Shown: positions 20,824 to 29,874, counted from the first letter of the stretch. The stretch is DNA of 64,000 nucleotides from an uncultured Thermoleophilia bacterium (GCA_963705085.1 CAVPIV010000004.1:1043379-1107378), one strand, 5' to 3'. A program made the numbers and translations. Notes: generated by a model not told the origin, from the letters alone.

Positions 20824-21474
20824 TCAGCCCACCCCGAGGATGGTCTTGGCGGTGGCCACCGCCTCGATCGCGTCCTCGGCGTAGCCGTCGGCGCCGATCT
20901 CCTCGGCCCAGGCGCGGGTCGTCGGGGCGCCGCCGATCATGACCTTGACGGACTCGCGCAGGCCGGCGGCCTTCAAGGCCTCGATCGTCCGGGCCTGGTT
21001 GGGCATCGTCGTGGTCAGCAGGGCGGAGAGCAGCAGCAGATCGGCGCCGGTGTCGCGCACCGTCGCGACGAAGGTCTCGACGGGCACGTCGCAGCCGACG
21101 TCGGTGACCGTGAAGCCGGCGGCGCTGAGCATGCTGCAGACGATCGTCTTGCCGATCTCGTGGATGTCGCCGGCCACCGTGCCGGCCACGGCCACGCCCA
21201 GGGTGCGGCGGCCCTCGCTGGTCTTGTCGAGCTCGGGCTGCAGGACGGCCACGGCGGCCTTCATGGCCTCGGCCCCCTGGACCAGCTCGGGGAGGAAGAA
21301 CTCGCCGCGGCCGAAGAGGTCGCCGACCTCCTCGATGCCCTTGACGAAGCCGTTGTCGAGGATGTCGGCGGGGGCCAGGCCGGCGGCCAGGCCCTGGGCG
21401 GCCAGGGCGGCGGCCTCCTCCGGCTCGCCGTCGAGGATCGTCTGCTTCATCTGCTCGTACAGGTCTGCTGACAT
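20824..21474 (-). CDS. Methyltransferase corrinoid (B12-binding) protein, MttC/MtbC-like
   Basis: GDIHEIGK (DxHxxG), LSALLTTT, MIGGAP, IGADGYAEDA, N-terminal cap FFLPEL. Confidence 0.95.
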   Translation of the reverse strand: MSADLYEQMKQTILDGEPEEAAALAAQGLAAGLAPADILDNGFVKGIEEVGDLFGRGEFFLPELVQGAEAMKAAVAVLQPELDKTSEGRRTLGVAVAGTVAGDIHEIGKTIVCSMLSAAGFTVTDVGCDVPVETFVATVRDTGADLLLLSALLTTTMPNQARTIEALKAAGLRESVKVMIGGAPTTRAWAEEIGADGYAEDAIEAVATAKTILGVG

Positions 21475-21485
21475 GTGATCCTCCG

Positions 21486-22937
21486 TCACTTCCCGGCTTC
21501 GACGTAGGCGTCGACCAGGTCGTCCATCTTGGCCTTGAGCTCCGGCGCGAGCGGCTCCGGCCGATGGTCGGCCAGGATCGCGAGCGCCTTGCGCCGCGCC
21601 TTCTCGCGGAGATCGAGCGAGCCCTCCTCCTCCCAGGCCTGCTGGGTGACGCGGTTGAGGATCGTGGGCTTCCACTGGAGCTGCCGCAGGTGCCGCTTGG
21701 TGTGCTTGGCGCGCAGGAAGTCGCCGCCGGGACCCACGGCGGCGATGGTGTCGAGTCCGAGCGTCTCCTCGCTGACCTCGATGCCCTCGAGCGTGCGGCG
21801 GTTCATGGAGACGTACTCGTCGACGATGACGACGAGTTCGGGCGAGCAGCTCAAACCGAAGTCGACGTAGCCGACGTCGTGGTTGAGGTTCGAGCCCGCC
21901 TGCATCGAGAGGAGCGTGAGCTCGGCGATATCGAGTCCGGCCTGGGCGTCGCAGGTCTGCGAGTCGCTGGTCCCGGCGTACCCCCAGTTGGGGATGTCCA
22001 TCCACTTGGCCATCTCCACCATGCCGAGGTACGTGGTGTAGTACTCGGCCGAGTTGTAGAGGGCCTGCACGGTGTTCATGTCGAGCTTGACCGGGCCCAT
22101 GCCGGTGAGCACCGGCGAGCCGGGCCGGCGGAGCTGGTGGATGACGACACCGAAGAGCGATTCGGCGAGGGCCTGCACGATGTGGCCGGCGTGCGTGATC
22201 GGCGCCGTGGCGCCGGCGATCGGCGCCGGGGAGTAGATGAGCGGGATGCCCCAGTCGGCGCAGAAGAGCAGCTTGTCGATGACCTCGACGGAGTGTCTGA
22301 GCGGGCTCACGGGCTCGCCATACTGGATGAAGTACGGCTTGGCCCGCAGCTCCTCGGCGCCGCCGCGGATCTCGCAGGCGATCTTCCACATGACCTCGAG
22401 GTCCTCGGGGCCGGCGGCCGTCATCACCATCGGCTTGGTGGTGTTGCTGACCATCTGGCGGAAGCTCTCGAGGTATGACGCGTACGCGTCGCAGTCGCTC
22501 GGGTAGGCGCTCGACATGACGAAGTCCATGTTGGGCAGGCCGTCGCAGAGGCGCGCCTGGCGGCCGACGTCGGTGAGCCTGCTCGTGCGACGCTCGCCGG
22601 TCTCGAGATCGTAGATGCTCAGCAGGTCGGAGCCGGTGCCGAAGTACGAGTTGTGGCCGCCCAGCCGCATGGCGAGCTCGCCGGTGCGGCCGTACACGTC
22701 GATCATGGCCGGCACCGTCTCGCGCGCCTTGGCGACGAGCTCGCGCGGGATGCGCACCAGGTCCTCGCCCTCCAGCGTCGCGCCCGCCTGCAGGAGCAGG
22801 TCGCGGGCGACCGCGTGCGGGACCACCATCCCGGTGTCCGCGATGATGGTCAGCGCCGCGTCGTAGATCGCCTGACGCTTCTCGTCGGAGAGAAAGGTCA
22901 GACGGCTGTTGAGCGCGGAGGTGGGCAGGTCGTTCAT
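21486..22937 (-). CDS. Non-pyrrolysine MttB-superfamily methyltransferase
   Basis: FGTGSD, EPVSPL, AGATAPITHAG, GYAGTSDSQTCDAQAG, NLNHDVG, VGPGGDFL. Confidence 0.92.
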   Translation of the reverse strand: MNDLPTSALNSRLTFLSDEKRQAIYDAALTIIADTGMVVPHAVARDLLLQAGATLEGEDLVRIPRELVAKARETVPAMIDVYGRTGELAMRLGGHNSYFGTGSDLLSIYDLETGERRTSRLTDVGRQARLCDGLPNMDFVMSSAYPSDCDAYASYLESFRQMVSNTTKPMVMTAAGPEDLEVMWKIACEIRGGAEELRAKPYFIQYGEPVSPLRHSVEVIDKLLFCADWGIPLIYSPAPIAGATAPITHAGHIVQALAESLFGVVIHQLRRPGSPVLTGMGPVKLDMNTVQALYNSAEYYTTYLGMVEMAKWMDIPNWGYAGTSDSQTCDAQAGLDIAELTLLSMQAGSNLNHDVGYVDFGLSCSPELVVIVDEYVSMNRRTLEGIEVSEETLGLDTIAAVGPGGDFLRAKHTKRHLRQLQWKPTILNRVTQQAWEEEGSLDLREKARRKALAILADHRPEPLAPELKAKMDDLVDAYVEAGK

Positions 22938-23165
22938 CGTCTCTTCTCTCCTCTGCAGTCCCGTGGAGGCCTATGGGCACGGCCGACGTCGAGCCCAGTG
23001 CAGGATGACATGCGGGTACCGTCACGACAACCGGCCGGCGGCGACATCTGGTAGCATCCCGGCCTGAGGTATCCGCTCGGTTAAGCGTCGACCGCGCCGC
23101 GCCATGGGCCCGGGACCAGGCGCCGGGTGGACGGTGGTGGGCCGCGCCAGGGGGAGGTCGCAAGC

Positions 23166-23933
23166 GTGAGCAGCAAGAAGCCGCGTGATGCCGCCGGAGC
23201 GGGCTTGGGCGGGAGTCGGGAGGCAGACGCGGACGAGCCCGACGCGGCCGCCCCGATCCGGGCCTCCGCCGGCGCGGAGAGCCCCAACCGGACAATCCAC
23301 CTGGAGTTCCGCAACCCGCTCTCCGACCTCCCCGAGACCGCACGCAACCTGATCCTCTCGGCCAAGGCGATCATCGCGGAGCACGGCTTCGACGCCCTCA
23401 CGCTGAACCGTCTGGCGGCAGTGTCAGGCGAGAACAAGGCGATGACCGCCTACTACTTCGGCAACAAGGCGGGCCTCGTCGCGGCCGTGCTCGATTCGGT
23501 CATTCACGACGAGTACCTCGCCTCCGAATCCCGCATGGAGAACCTCGGCGCCGGCGAGCTCACCCCGCGACTGATCGAGGAGATGCGGGGGATCGTGAGC
23601 TCGGCCGAGGACTTCCGCGTCTTCTACGAGCTCCTCCCGCGAGTGCTTCGCGACGACGTGCTGCGGACGCGCATGGTGCCGCTCTACCGCTGGTACTGGA
23701 GCGTCAAGCTGGAGTGGCTCGGGTTCGGGGACGACCCCGAGGCGCTGGACGACCCGGATCTGCAGGGCATCGCCAGGCTCCTCTCCGCCATGATCGACGG
23801 ACTCGCCGTCCAGGCGATGATCGAGCCGCGGGCGGACCTCTCCGGGGCCTACCGGATCCTGCAGCAGCTCGTGGCGGAGTCGCTGCCGCGGTTCGTCGCG
23901 GAGCGATCGGCCGGTTGCGACGCGGCCGAGTAG
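23166..23933 (+). CDS. TetR/AcrR family transcriptional regulator (BetI-like C-terminus)
   Basis: ILSAKAIIAEHGFDALTLNRLAAVSG...YYFGNKAGL helix-turn-helix; AMIDGLAVQ. RBS GGGGAGG before GTG. Ends in TAG. Confidence 0.9.
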   Translation: MSSKKPRDAAGAGLGGSREADADEPDAAAPIRASAGAESPNRTIHLEFRNPLSDLPETARNLILSAKAIIAEHGFDALTLNRLAAVSGENKAMTAYYFGNKAGLVAAVLDSVIHDEYLASESRMENLGAGELTPRLIEEMRGIVSSAEDFRVFYELLPRVLRDDVLRTRMVPLYRWYWSVKLEWLGFGDDPEALDDPDLQGIARLLSAMIDGLAVQAMIEPRADLSGAYRILQQLVAESLPRFVAERSAGCDAAE

Positions 23934-23969
23934 CTGCCGAGACACCCGAGAACAGCCTCTCCCCGACCC

Positions 23970-24016
23970 TTGACACGTTCGCACCGCCGTGGGACGCTGA
24001 CCAAACGGTTGGTCAG
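23970..24016 (+). promoter_or_regulatory. Sigma70-type promoter of Pyl-mttB with overlapping palindromic operator
   Basis: TTGACA (23970-75)-N17-GACGCT (23993-98, preceded by TGG); palindrome CTGACCAA-ACGG-TTGGTCAG at 23997-24016. Confidence 0.7.
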
Positions 24017-24071
24017 TCGATCGACGCCCTCCCCGCCCTTGCCGGCGCCTCGCTCAGGAGGTTCGAATGTC

Positions 24072-25541
24072 ATGAGACGCAATCCTCGCGCCGGAGCGCG
24101 CCAGAGCGGCGGCCTGAGACTCGAGGTGTTCACCGAAGACGAGCTGCGCGAGATCCACCTCGCCACGCTCGAGGTGCTGTCGCGTACCGGCGTCTTCGTC
24201 GAGGACGACGAGGCACTCGCCATCTTCGCCGGCGGCGGCGCCGACATCGACACCGACCGCCGGGTCGTCAGGCTCCCCGCCCACGTCGTCGAAGAGGCCC
24301 TGCGCACGGCGCCGCCCAAGGTCGTCCTCTGCGGCCGCACGCCCGAACGCGATGTCGTCCTCGAGGACGGCCGCGTCGGGTTCACGAACTTCGGCGAGGG
24401 CATCCAGGTCGTCGACCCCTACACCGGGGAGTTGCACGAGTCGCTCAAGCAGGATGTCGCCGACTGTGCCCGCCTCATCGACGCCCTCCCCGAGATCGAC
24501 GTCCTCGAGCGCCCTCTCGGCGCCCACGACGTCCCGCCCGACACCGCGGCCCTGCACAATGCCGAGGCCATCTTCTCGAACACGACGAAGCACGCCACCA
24601 TCGGTCCGCTCACCGGGTTCTGCGCCCGCAAGATGATCGACATGGCGGCGGCGATCGCCGGCGGCCGCGATCAGCTCCGCCGGCGGCCGCTCCTCTCGTT
24701 CCTCACCTGCCCGGTGAGCCCTCTCAAGCTGGTGGCCGACTGCTGCCGGATCATCATCGAGGGCGTGCGCGCCGGCGTGCCGGTCAACGTGCTGTCCATG
24801 GCGATGGCCGGCGGCTCCGCGCCCGTCAACCTCGCCGGCGCGCTGGTCGAGCACAACGCCGAGGTGCTGGCCGGGATCACGCTGGCCCAGCTCACGGCGC
24901 CCGGTGCCCCGGTCATCTACGGCTCCTCGACGACCGCCATGGACCTGCGTTTCGCCAGCGCCTCGGTGGGCAGCCCTGAGTGCGGGCTGATCGGCGCCGG
25001 CGTCGCCTGCCTCGCCCGCTTCTACCTGCTGCCGAGCTGGGTGGCCGGTGCGTAGGGGGACGCCAAAGTGGCGGACGCCCAATCCGGCCACGAGAAGACG
25101 ATCACCAGCCTGCTGCCGGCGTTGGCAGGGGCCAACCTGATCTACGGGCTGGGGATGCTGGAGTCGGGCGTCACCATCGATTACGGGCAGCTCGTCATGG
25201 ATGCCGAGTTCGCGCGCATGGTCAAGTTCTGCGTCCCGGGCATCCCCGTCAACGACGAGACCCTGGCCGTCGACGTGATCGCGGAGGTCGGACCCTTTGG
25301 CGACTTCCTCTCGCACGACGACACGTACCGGGGCATGCGCAGCCAGTCGCAGTCACGGCTCATCGACCGGAGGGTCCGGGAGGACTGGACCGCCTCCGGC
25401 TCGACGAGCATCTACGACCGCGCCCTGGCCGAGGCGCGACGTCTGCTCGAGACGTATCAGCCGGAGCCTCTTCCCGACGACGTGGTCCGGCGCCTGCGAG
25501 AGATCGTCGCCGCCGCGGAGCGCGAGCTCGGGGTCGGCTGA
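24072..25541 (+). CDS. mttB: Trimethylamine:corrinoid methyltransferase, pyrrolysine-containing (in-frame TAG at 25053-25055)
   Basis: LPSWVAGA-TAG-GDAKVADAQSGHEKT matches the MttB Pyl context (PSFVAGT-O-SDAK..DQAGHEKT). FTNFGEG, CPVSPL, MAMAGGSAPV, YGSSTT, GANLIYGLGMLE. RBS CAGGAGG. Confidence 0.95.
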
Positions 25542-25582
25542 GCGCCTCGTCGCCGAGGTCGAAGGCCGCCGGACAGCCCCGC

Positions 25583-27010
25583 TCACCTCGGCAGCAGCAG
25601 CGCCTTGATCTCGAGGTAGTCCTCGAGCCCGTACCGTCCGCCTTCACGCCCGTTGCCGGAGTGCTTCATGCCGCCGAAGGGCGTGCCGTAGCGGGACGGG
25701 GCGTAGTTGACGTGCACGCTCCCCGCGCGCAGCCGCCTCGCCACCCGTTCGGCACGCTCCGCGTCGCTCGTGCTCACGTAGGCGGCGAGGCCGTACGGCG
25801 TGTCGTTGGCCAGCACCACTGCCTCGTCCTCGCTGTCGAACGGCATCATCACGAGCACTGGACCGAAGATCTCCTCGCGCGCCACCCGCATGCCGGGCTC
25901 GACGTCGGCGAAGATGGTCGGACGCACGTAGTACCCCTTGTCGAATCCCTCCGGCCGGCCGGGGCCGCCGATCAGGAGGCGAGCCCCTTCGGCGATGCCT
26001 GCCGCGATCAGCCCCTGAACCCGGTCGAACTGGATCTGGCTGATCAGCGGCCCGATGTGCGGGCCCTCAACGATCGGGTCGCCGACGGCTTGCCCACGCC
26101 CGGCTGACGCGGCTACGACGAGCGCGCGGCCGTAGGCGCTGCGCTCGACCAGCATGCGTGTCGGGGCGTCGCAACTCTGCCCGGTGTTGGCGAAGCACGC
26201 CAGCACGCCGTCGGTCACGGCCCGGTCCAGGTCCGAGTCGGCGAAGACGATGTTGGGGGACTTGCCGCCGAGCTCCAGCGTCACCCGCTTGATCGTCTCG
26301 GCCGCGTCGTGCGTGACGGCGATGCCCGCGCGGGTCGAACCGGTGAAGGACATCATGGCGACATCCGGATGTCGGGAGAGCGCCGCGCCGACCGTCGGTC
26401 CATCCCCGTTGACGAGATTGAAGACGCCCGGCGGGAAGCCGGCCTCGTCGATCATCTCGGCGTAGAGCATGGCGTCCAGGGGGGTGAACTCAGAGGGCTT
26501 GAGGACGCAGGTACAGCCAGTGGCCAGGGCCGGGATCACTTTGAGCACGACCTGGTTGATCGGCCAGTTCCAGGGCGTGATCAGCCCACAGATGCCGGCG
26601 GGCTCGCGCACCACCGTGTCGCCGTTCGGCAGGAGCTCGCGCCAGTTCACCTGCTTCATCGCCTTGATGAAGGCGCGCACGTGCCGGATGCCCGCCTCGG
26701 CCTGCTGGTCGCGACACATGGTGATCGGCGCGCCGAGCTCGAGCGTGATGGCCTCGACAACCTCGTCGTAGCGGCGTTCGTAGATCGCCAGCAGGCGCTC
26801 CAGCAAGGCCACACGCTCGTCGGGCCCGGTGAAGGCGTACGTCGCGAAGGCCCGCTTCGCGGCCGCGACCGCCCGATCGACGTCCGCGGGCGTGCCCATC
26901 GACACGATCGCGACCGCTTCCTCGGTTGCAGGGTTGATGATGTAGCGGTCGCAGACCGTCAGAGGATCGACCCACCGCCCGTCGATGTAGAACCTGCGCT
27001 TGTCGAGCAT
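25583..27010 (-). CDS. NAD-dependent aldehyde dehydrogenase
   Basis: ITPWNWP, KPSE, SFTGS, LELGGKSP, GQSCDAP, EEIFGPV. Confidence 0.95.
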   Translation of the reverse strand: MLDKRRFYIDGRWVDPLTVCDRYIINPATEEAVAIVSMGTPADVDRAVAAAKRAFATYAFTGPDERVALLERLLAIYERRYDEVVEAITLELGAPITMCRDQQAEAGIRHVRAFIKAMKQVNWRELLPNGDTVVREPAGICGLITPWNWPINQVVLKVIPALATGCTCVLKPSEFTPLDAMLYAEMIDEAGFPPGVFNLVNGDGPTVGAALSRHPDVAMMSFTGSTRAGIAVTHDAAETIKRVTLELGGKSPNIVFADSDLDRAVTDGVLACFANTGQSCDAPTRMLVERSAYGRALVVAASAGRGQAVGDPIVEGPHIGPLISQIQFDRVQGLIAAGIAEGARLLIGGPGRPEGFDKGYYVRPTIFADVEPGMRVAREEIFGPVLVMMPFDSEDEAVVLANDTPYGLAAYVSTSDAERAERVARRLRAGSVHVNYAPSRYGTPFGGMKHSGNGREGGRYGLEDYLEIKALLLPR

Positions 27011-27036
27011 GGCTGTCTGTCCTCCCGGTCGTGCGG

Positions 27037-27077
27037 GCGACGCGACGGGGCGTCTCTCATGCGCCCCGTCGCGTCGC
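27037..27077 (-). terminator. GC-rich stem-loop after serA (putative terminator)
   Basis: GCGACGCGACGGGGCG / CGCCCCGTCGCGTCGC 16-bp inverted repeat; no clear U tract. Confidence 0.55.
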
Positions 27078-27095
27078 GCCGACTGCCCGTATGCT

Positions 27096-28697
27096 CTACA
27101 GCTTGACGCGCTTGCCGTCGCCGAGCCCGCAACCCTCGACGAGCTCGGCCAGCTGGTCCTCGCTCAGCGGGTCGTCGAGCGTCAGACCCATGACCGCCAT
27201 CTGGTCCCTGACCTCGCGGCCGACGCTCATCTGACCGATGTTGATGCCGAACTGGCCCATCTTGGTGCCGATCTTGCCGATCATGCCCGGTATGTCCCGG
27301 TACTGCAGGAAGACCATGTTGCGGGCCGGTTCGATGTCGAGCTCCTGGCGGAAGACCCTCACGAACCGTGGACGGTGGCGCGGGCCGAGGGTCGTGCCGC
27401 TGACCGTGAGCTCGCCCCTGGCGTCGTACGTCGTGACCGTGATGAGATTGAGGTAGTCGACGGCAGCCGGCTGCTTGGACTCCTTGGCGCTGATCCCGCG
27501 CTCCTCGGCGATGGCCTGGACGTTCACGAAGTTGACCGGGCCCTCGACCTTGTCCGAGAGCACACCCTCGAGTACGGCCAGAGTGAGAATGCGCGTGTCG
27601 TAGCGCGCGATACCGCCGCCGTAGGTGATCTCGAAGCTTTCGACCGGACCGTCGGCGATCTGCACGATGAGCCTGCCGAGTTGCTCGCAGACGGGCAGGA
27701 ACGGCATGAGTTGATCGGCGTCCTCGCCGGGCGCGAGCGGGATGTTGACGGCGTTGCTGGCGAACTTGCCCAGCAGCACGGCGGCCACCTGCTCGGCGAT
27801 GATGGTGCTGGCCCGCAGCTGCGCCTCGACGGTGGAGGCGCCGAGATGCGGCGTGCAGACCACGTTGTCGTACTTGAAGAGCGGGCTCTCGGTGGTCGGC
27901 TCCTTCGGGTACACGTCGACGCCGGCGGCGGCCACCTTGCCGCTCTCGATGGCGCGCGCCCAGGCCTCTTCGTCGATGATGCCGCCGCGCGCCACGTTGA
28001 CGATGCGCACGCCGTCCTTCATCTTGGCGAACTCGTCGTCGGCGATGAAGCCGATGGTCTCGGCGTTCTTGGGCAGGTGCACCGTGATGAAGTCGGCCTC
28101 GCGGTAGATCTTGTCGGGGCTGTCGGCACGCTCGAGACCGAGCTCGATGAAGCGCTCGGCGGGGACGAACGGGTCGTAGGCGACGACCTTCATGCCGAGG
28201 CCGCGGGCGTCCTCGGCCACGAGAAAGCCGATGCGGCCGAGGCCGATGATGCCCAGCGTCTTGTCGCGCAGCTCGACGCCGTTCTTGCCCCATTTACTCT
28301 TCTCCCACTTGCCGGCCTTGAGGTCGGCGTGGGCCTGCGGGATGTTGCGGGCGCAGGCCATGATGAGCGCCATGGTGTGCTCGGCGGCGGAGAGCACGTT
28401 GCTCTGCGGCGCGTTCACGACGATGATGCCGCGCTTGCTGGCCTCCTTGACGTCGACGTTGTCGACACCGACGCCGGCGCGGCCGACGACCTGCAGCTTC
28501 GTGCCGGCCTGCAGGACCTCGCCCGTCACCTTGGTGGCCGAGCGGATGACCAGGCCGTGGTACTCGGGGATGCGCTTGACGAGTTCGTCGGCGTCCCACT
28601 CGTAGCCGAGGTCGACCTGGAAGCCGAGGTCCTCGAGGTACTTGATGCCCTCGGGGGAGAGCTTCTCCTTGGCGAGGATCTTCTTGGTCTCCGTCAT
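27096..28697 (-). CDS. serA: D-3-phosphoglycerate dehydrogenase (type I, with ASB and ACT domains)
   Basis: RSATKV, GRAGVGVDNVD, GLGRIG, NVARGG, TPHLGAST, ACT domain DIPGMIG. Confidence 0.96.
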   Translation of the reverse strand: MTETKKILAKEKLSPEGIKYLEDLGFQVDLGYEWDADELVKRIPEYHGLVIRSATKVTGEVLQAGTKLQVVGRAGVGVDNVDVKEASKRGIIVVNAPQSNVLSAAEHTMALIMACARNIPQAHADLKAGKWEKSKWGKNGVELRDKTLGIIGLGRIGFLVAEDARGLGMKVVAYDPFVPAERFIELGLERADSPDKIYREADFITVHLPKNAETIGFIADDEFAKMKDGVRIVNVARGGIIDEEAWARAIESGKVAAAGVDVYPKEPTTESPLFKYDNVVCTPHLGASTVEAQLRASTIIAEQVAAVLLGKFASNAVNIPLAPGEDADQLMPFLPVCEQLGRLIVQIADGPVESFEITYGGGIARYDTRILTLAVLEGVLSDKVEGPVNFVNVQAIAEERGISAKESKQPAAVDYLNLITVTTYDARGELTVSGTTLGPRHRPRFVRVFRQELDIEPARNMVFLQYRDIPGMIGKIGTKMGQFGINIGQMSVGREVRDQMAVMGLTLDDPLSEDQLAELVEGCGLGDGKRVKL

Positions 28698-28713
28698 CTC
28701 GTCATCCTCCCGC

Positions 28714-29874
28714 TCAGAGCTGGACCGGGCTCTGCATGAACACCTGCTCGGCCGCGGCCAGCGAGGCGCCGAACTTGACATCGTAGCCGAGCTCGGCGAG
28801 CACCATCTCGACGGTCGCGAGGCCGACGACGATGTCGGAGTGGCCGAAGTAGCCGCAGTGGCCGAAGCGGAAGATCTTGCCGGTGACGGCGCCTTGGCCG
28901 CCGGCCAGCCAGACGCCCCACTTGTCGCGGGCGATCTTGCCGATCTTCTTGCCGTCGACGCCCTCCGGCACCTTCACGGCGGTCACGGAGTTGGCCTCCG
29001 GGTCGTCGGGCGCGAAGAGCTCGAGGCCGAGCGCCTTGACGCCCTCGCGACAGGCCTTGCCGAGGACGCGGTGACGCTGGAAGACGTTCTCGAGACCCTC
29101 CTCGCGAATGAGCTCGATGGCGGCGTTCTGCGCGACCATCAGGGAAACCGCCGGGGTGTAGGGCGTCTGGGCGGCGTCGCCGGTCATCTTGGCTCGGGCC
29201 GTGACCCAGTCGTAGTAGAAGCGCGGCGTCGCACACTGCTCGACGACCTTCCAGGCCTTCTCGCTGACCGCCGCATACGCCAGACCTGGCGGCACCATGA
29301 GCGCCTTCTGGGAACCGGTCACGCACACGTCGACGTGCCACTCGTCGGTCTTCAGATCGGAGGCGCCGAGGCCGCTGATGGCATCGACCACGAGGACGGC
29401 CGGCGTCTTCGCGACGACCTCGCCGATCGCCTTGATGTCGTTGAGGACGCCGGTGGACGTCTCGGAGTGCTGCACATACACAGCCTTGATCGCCGGATCG
29501 GCGGCCAGCGCCGCCTCGATGTCGGCCGGCACGGCCCTGGTGCCCCACTCGTACTGGAGGGCGGTCACCTCGGCGCCCCAGGTCTTGGCCAGCTTGATCC
29601 AGCGGTCGCCGAAGTTGCCGACGGACGCGACCAAGGCGTGGTCGCCGGGGTTCAGCAGGTTGACGACGGCGGACTCCATGGCGCCGGTCCCGGAGGCGGC
29701 GAACACGATGATGTCGTTCTCGGTCTGGTAGACGTACTTCATGCCCGCGACGACCTCTTTGAGGATCTCGGTGAAGCGGGGAGCGCGGTGGTGGATCACT
29801 GGCTGGGCGAGCGCGGACAGCACCTCGGGCGGTACGGGCGTCGGTCCGGGAGTGATAAGGAAGCGCTTCTGCAT
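28714..29874 (-). CDS. Class V aminotransferase (AGT/SPT family; likely phosphoserine aminotransferase role next to serA)
   Basis: TPGPTPVP, SGTGAME, HSETSTG, VDAISG, GSQKALMVPPG, TPYTP. Confidence 0.92.
   Translation of the reverse strand: MQKRFLITPGPTPVPPEVLSALAQPVIHHRAPRFTEILKEVVAGMKYVYQTENDIIVFAASGTGAMESAVVNLLNPGDHALVASVGNFGDRWIKLAKTWGAEVTALQYEWGTRAVPADIEAALAADPAIKAVYVQHSETSTGVLNDIKAIGEVVAKTPAVLVVDAISGLGASDLKTDEWHVDVCVTGSQKALMVPPGLAYAAVSEKAWKVVEQCATPRFYYDWVTARAKMTGDAAQTPYTPAVSLMVAQNAAIELIREEGLENVFQRHRVLGKACREGVKALGLELFAPDDPEANSVTAVKVPEGVDGKKIGKIARDKWGVWLAGGQGAVTGKIFRFGHCGYFGHSDIVVGLATVEMVLAELGYDVKFGASLAAAEQVFMQSPVQL

Noticed and set aside
20824-23343. 839-aa ORF as an MttB-corrinoid fusion
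   Set aside because: The upstream part is an off-frame reading of mttB; the corrinoid gene has its own RBS and ATG at 21474.
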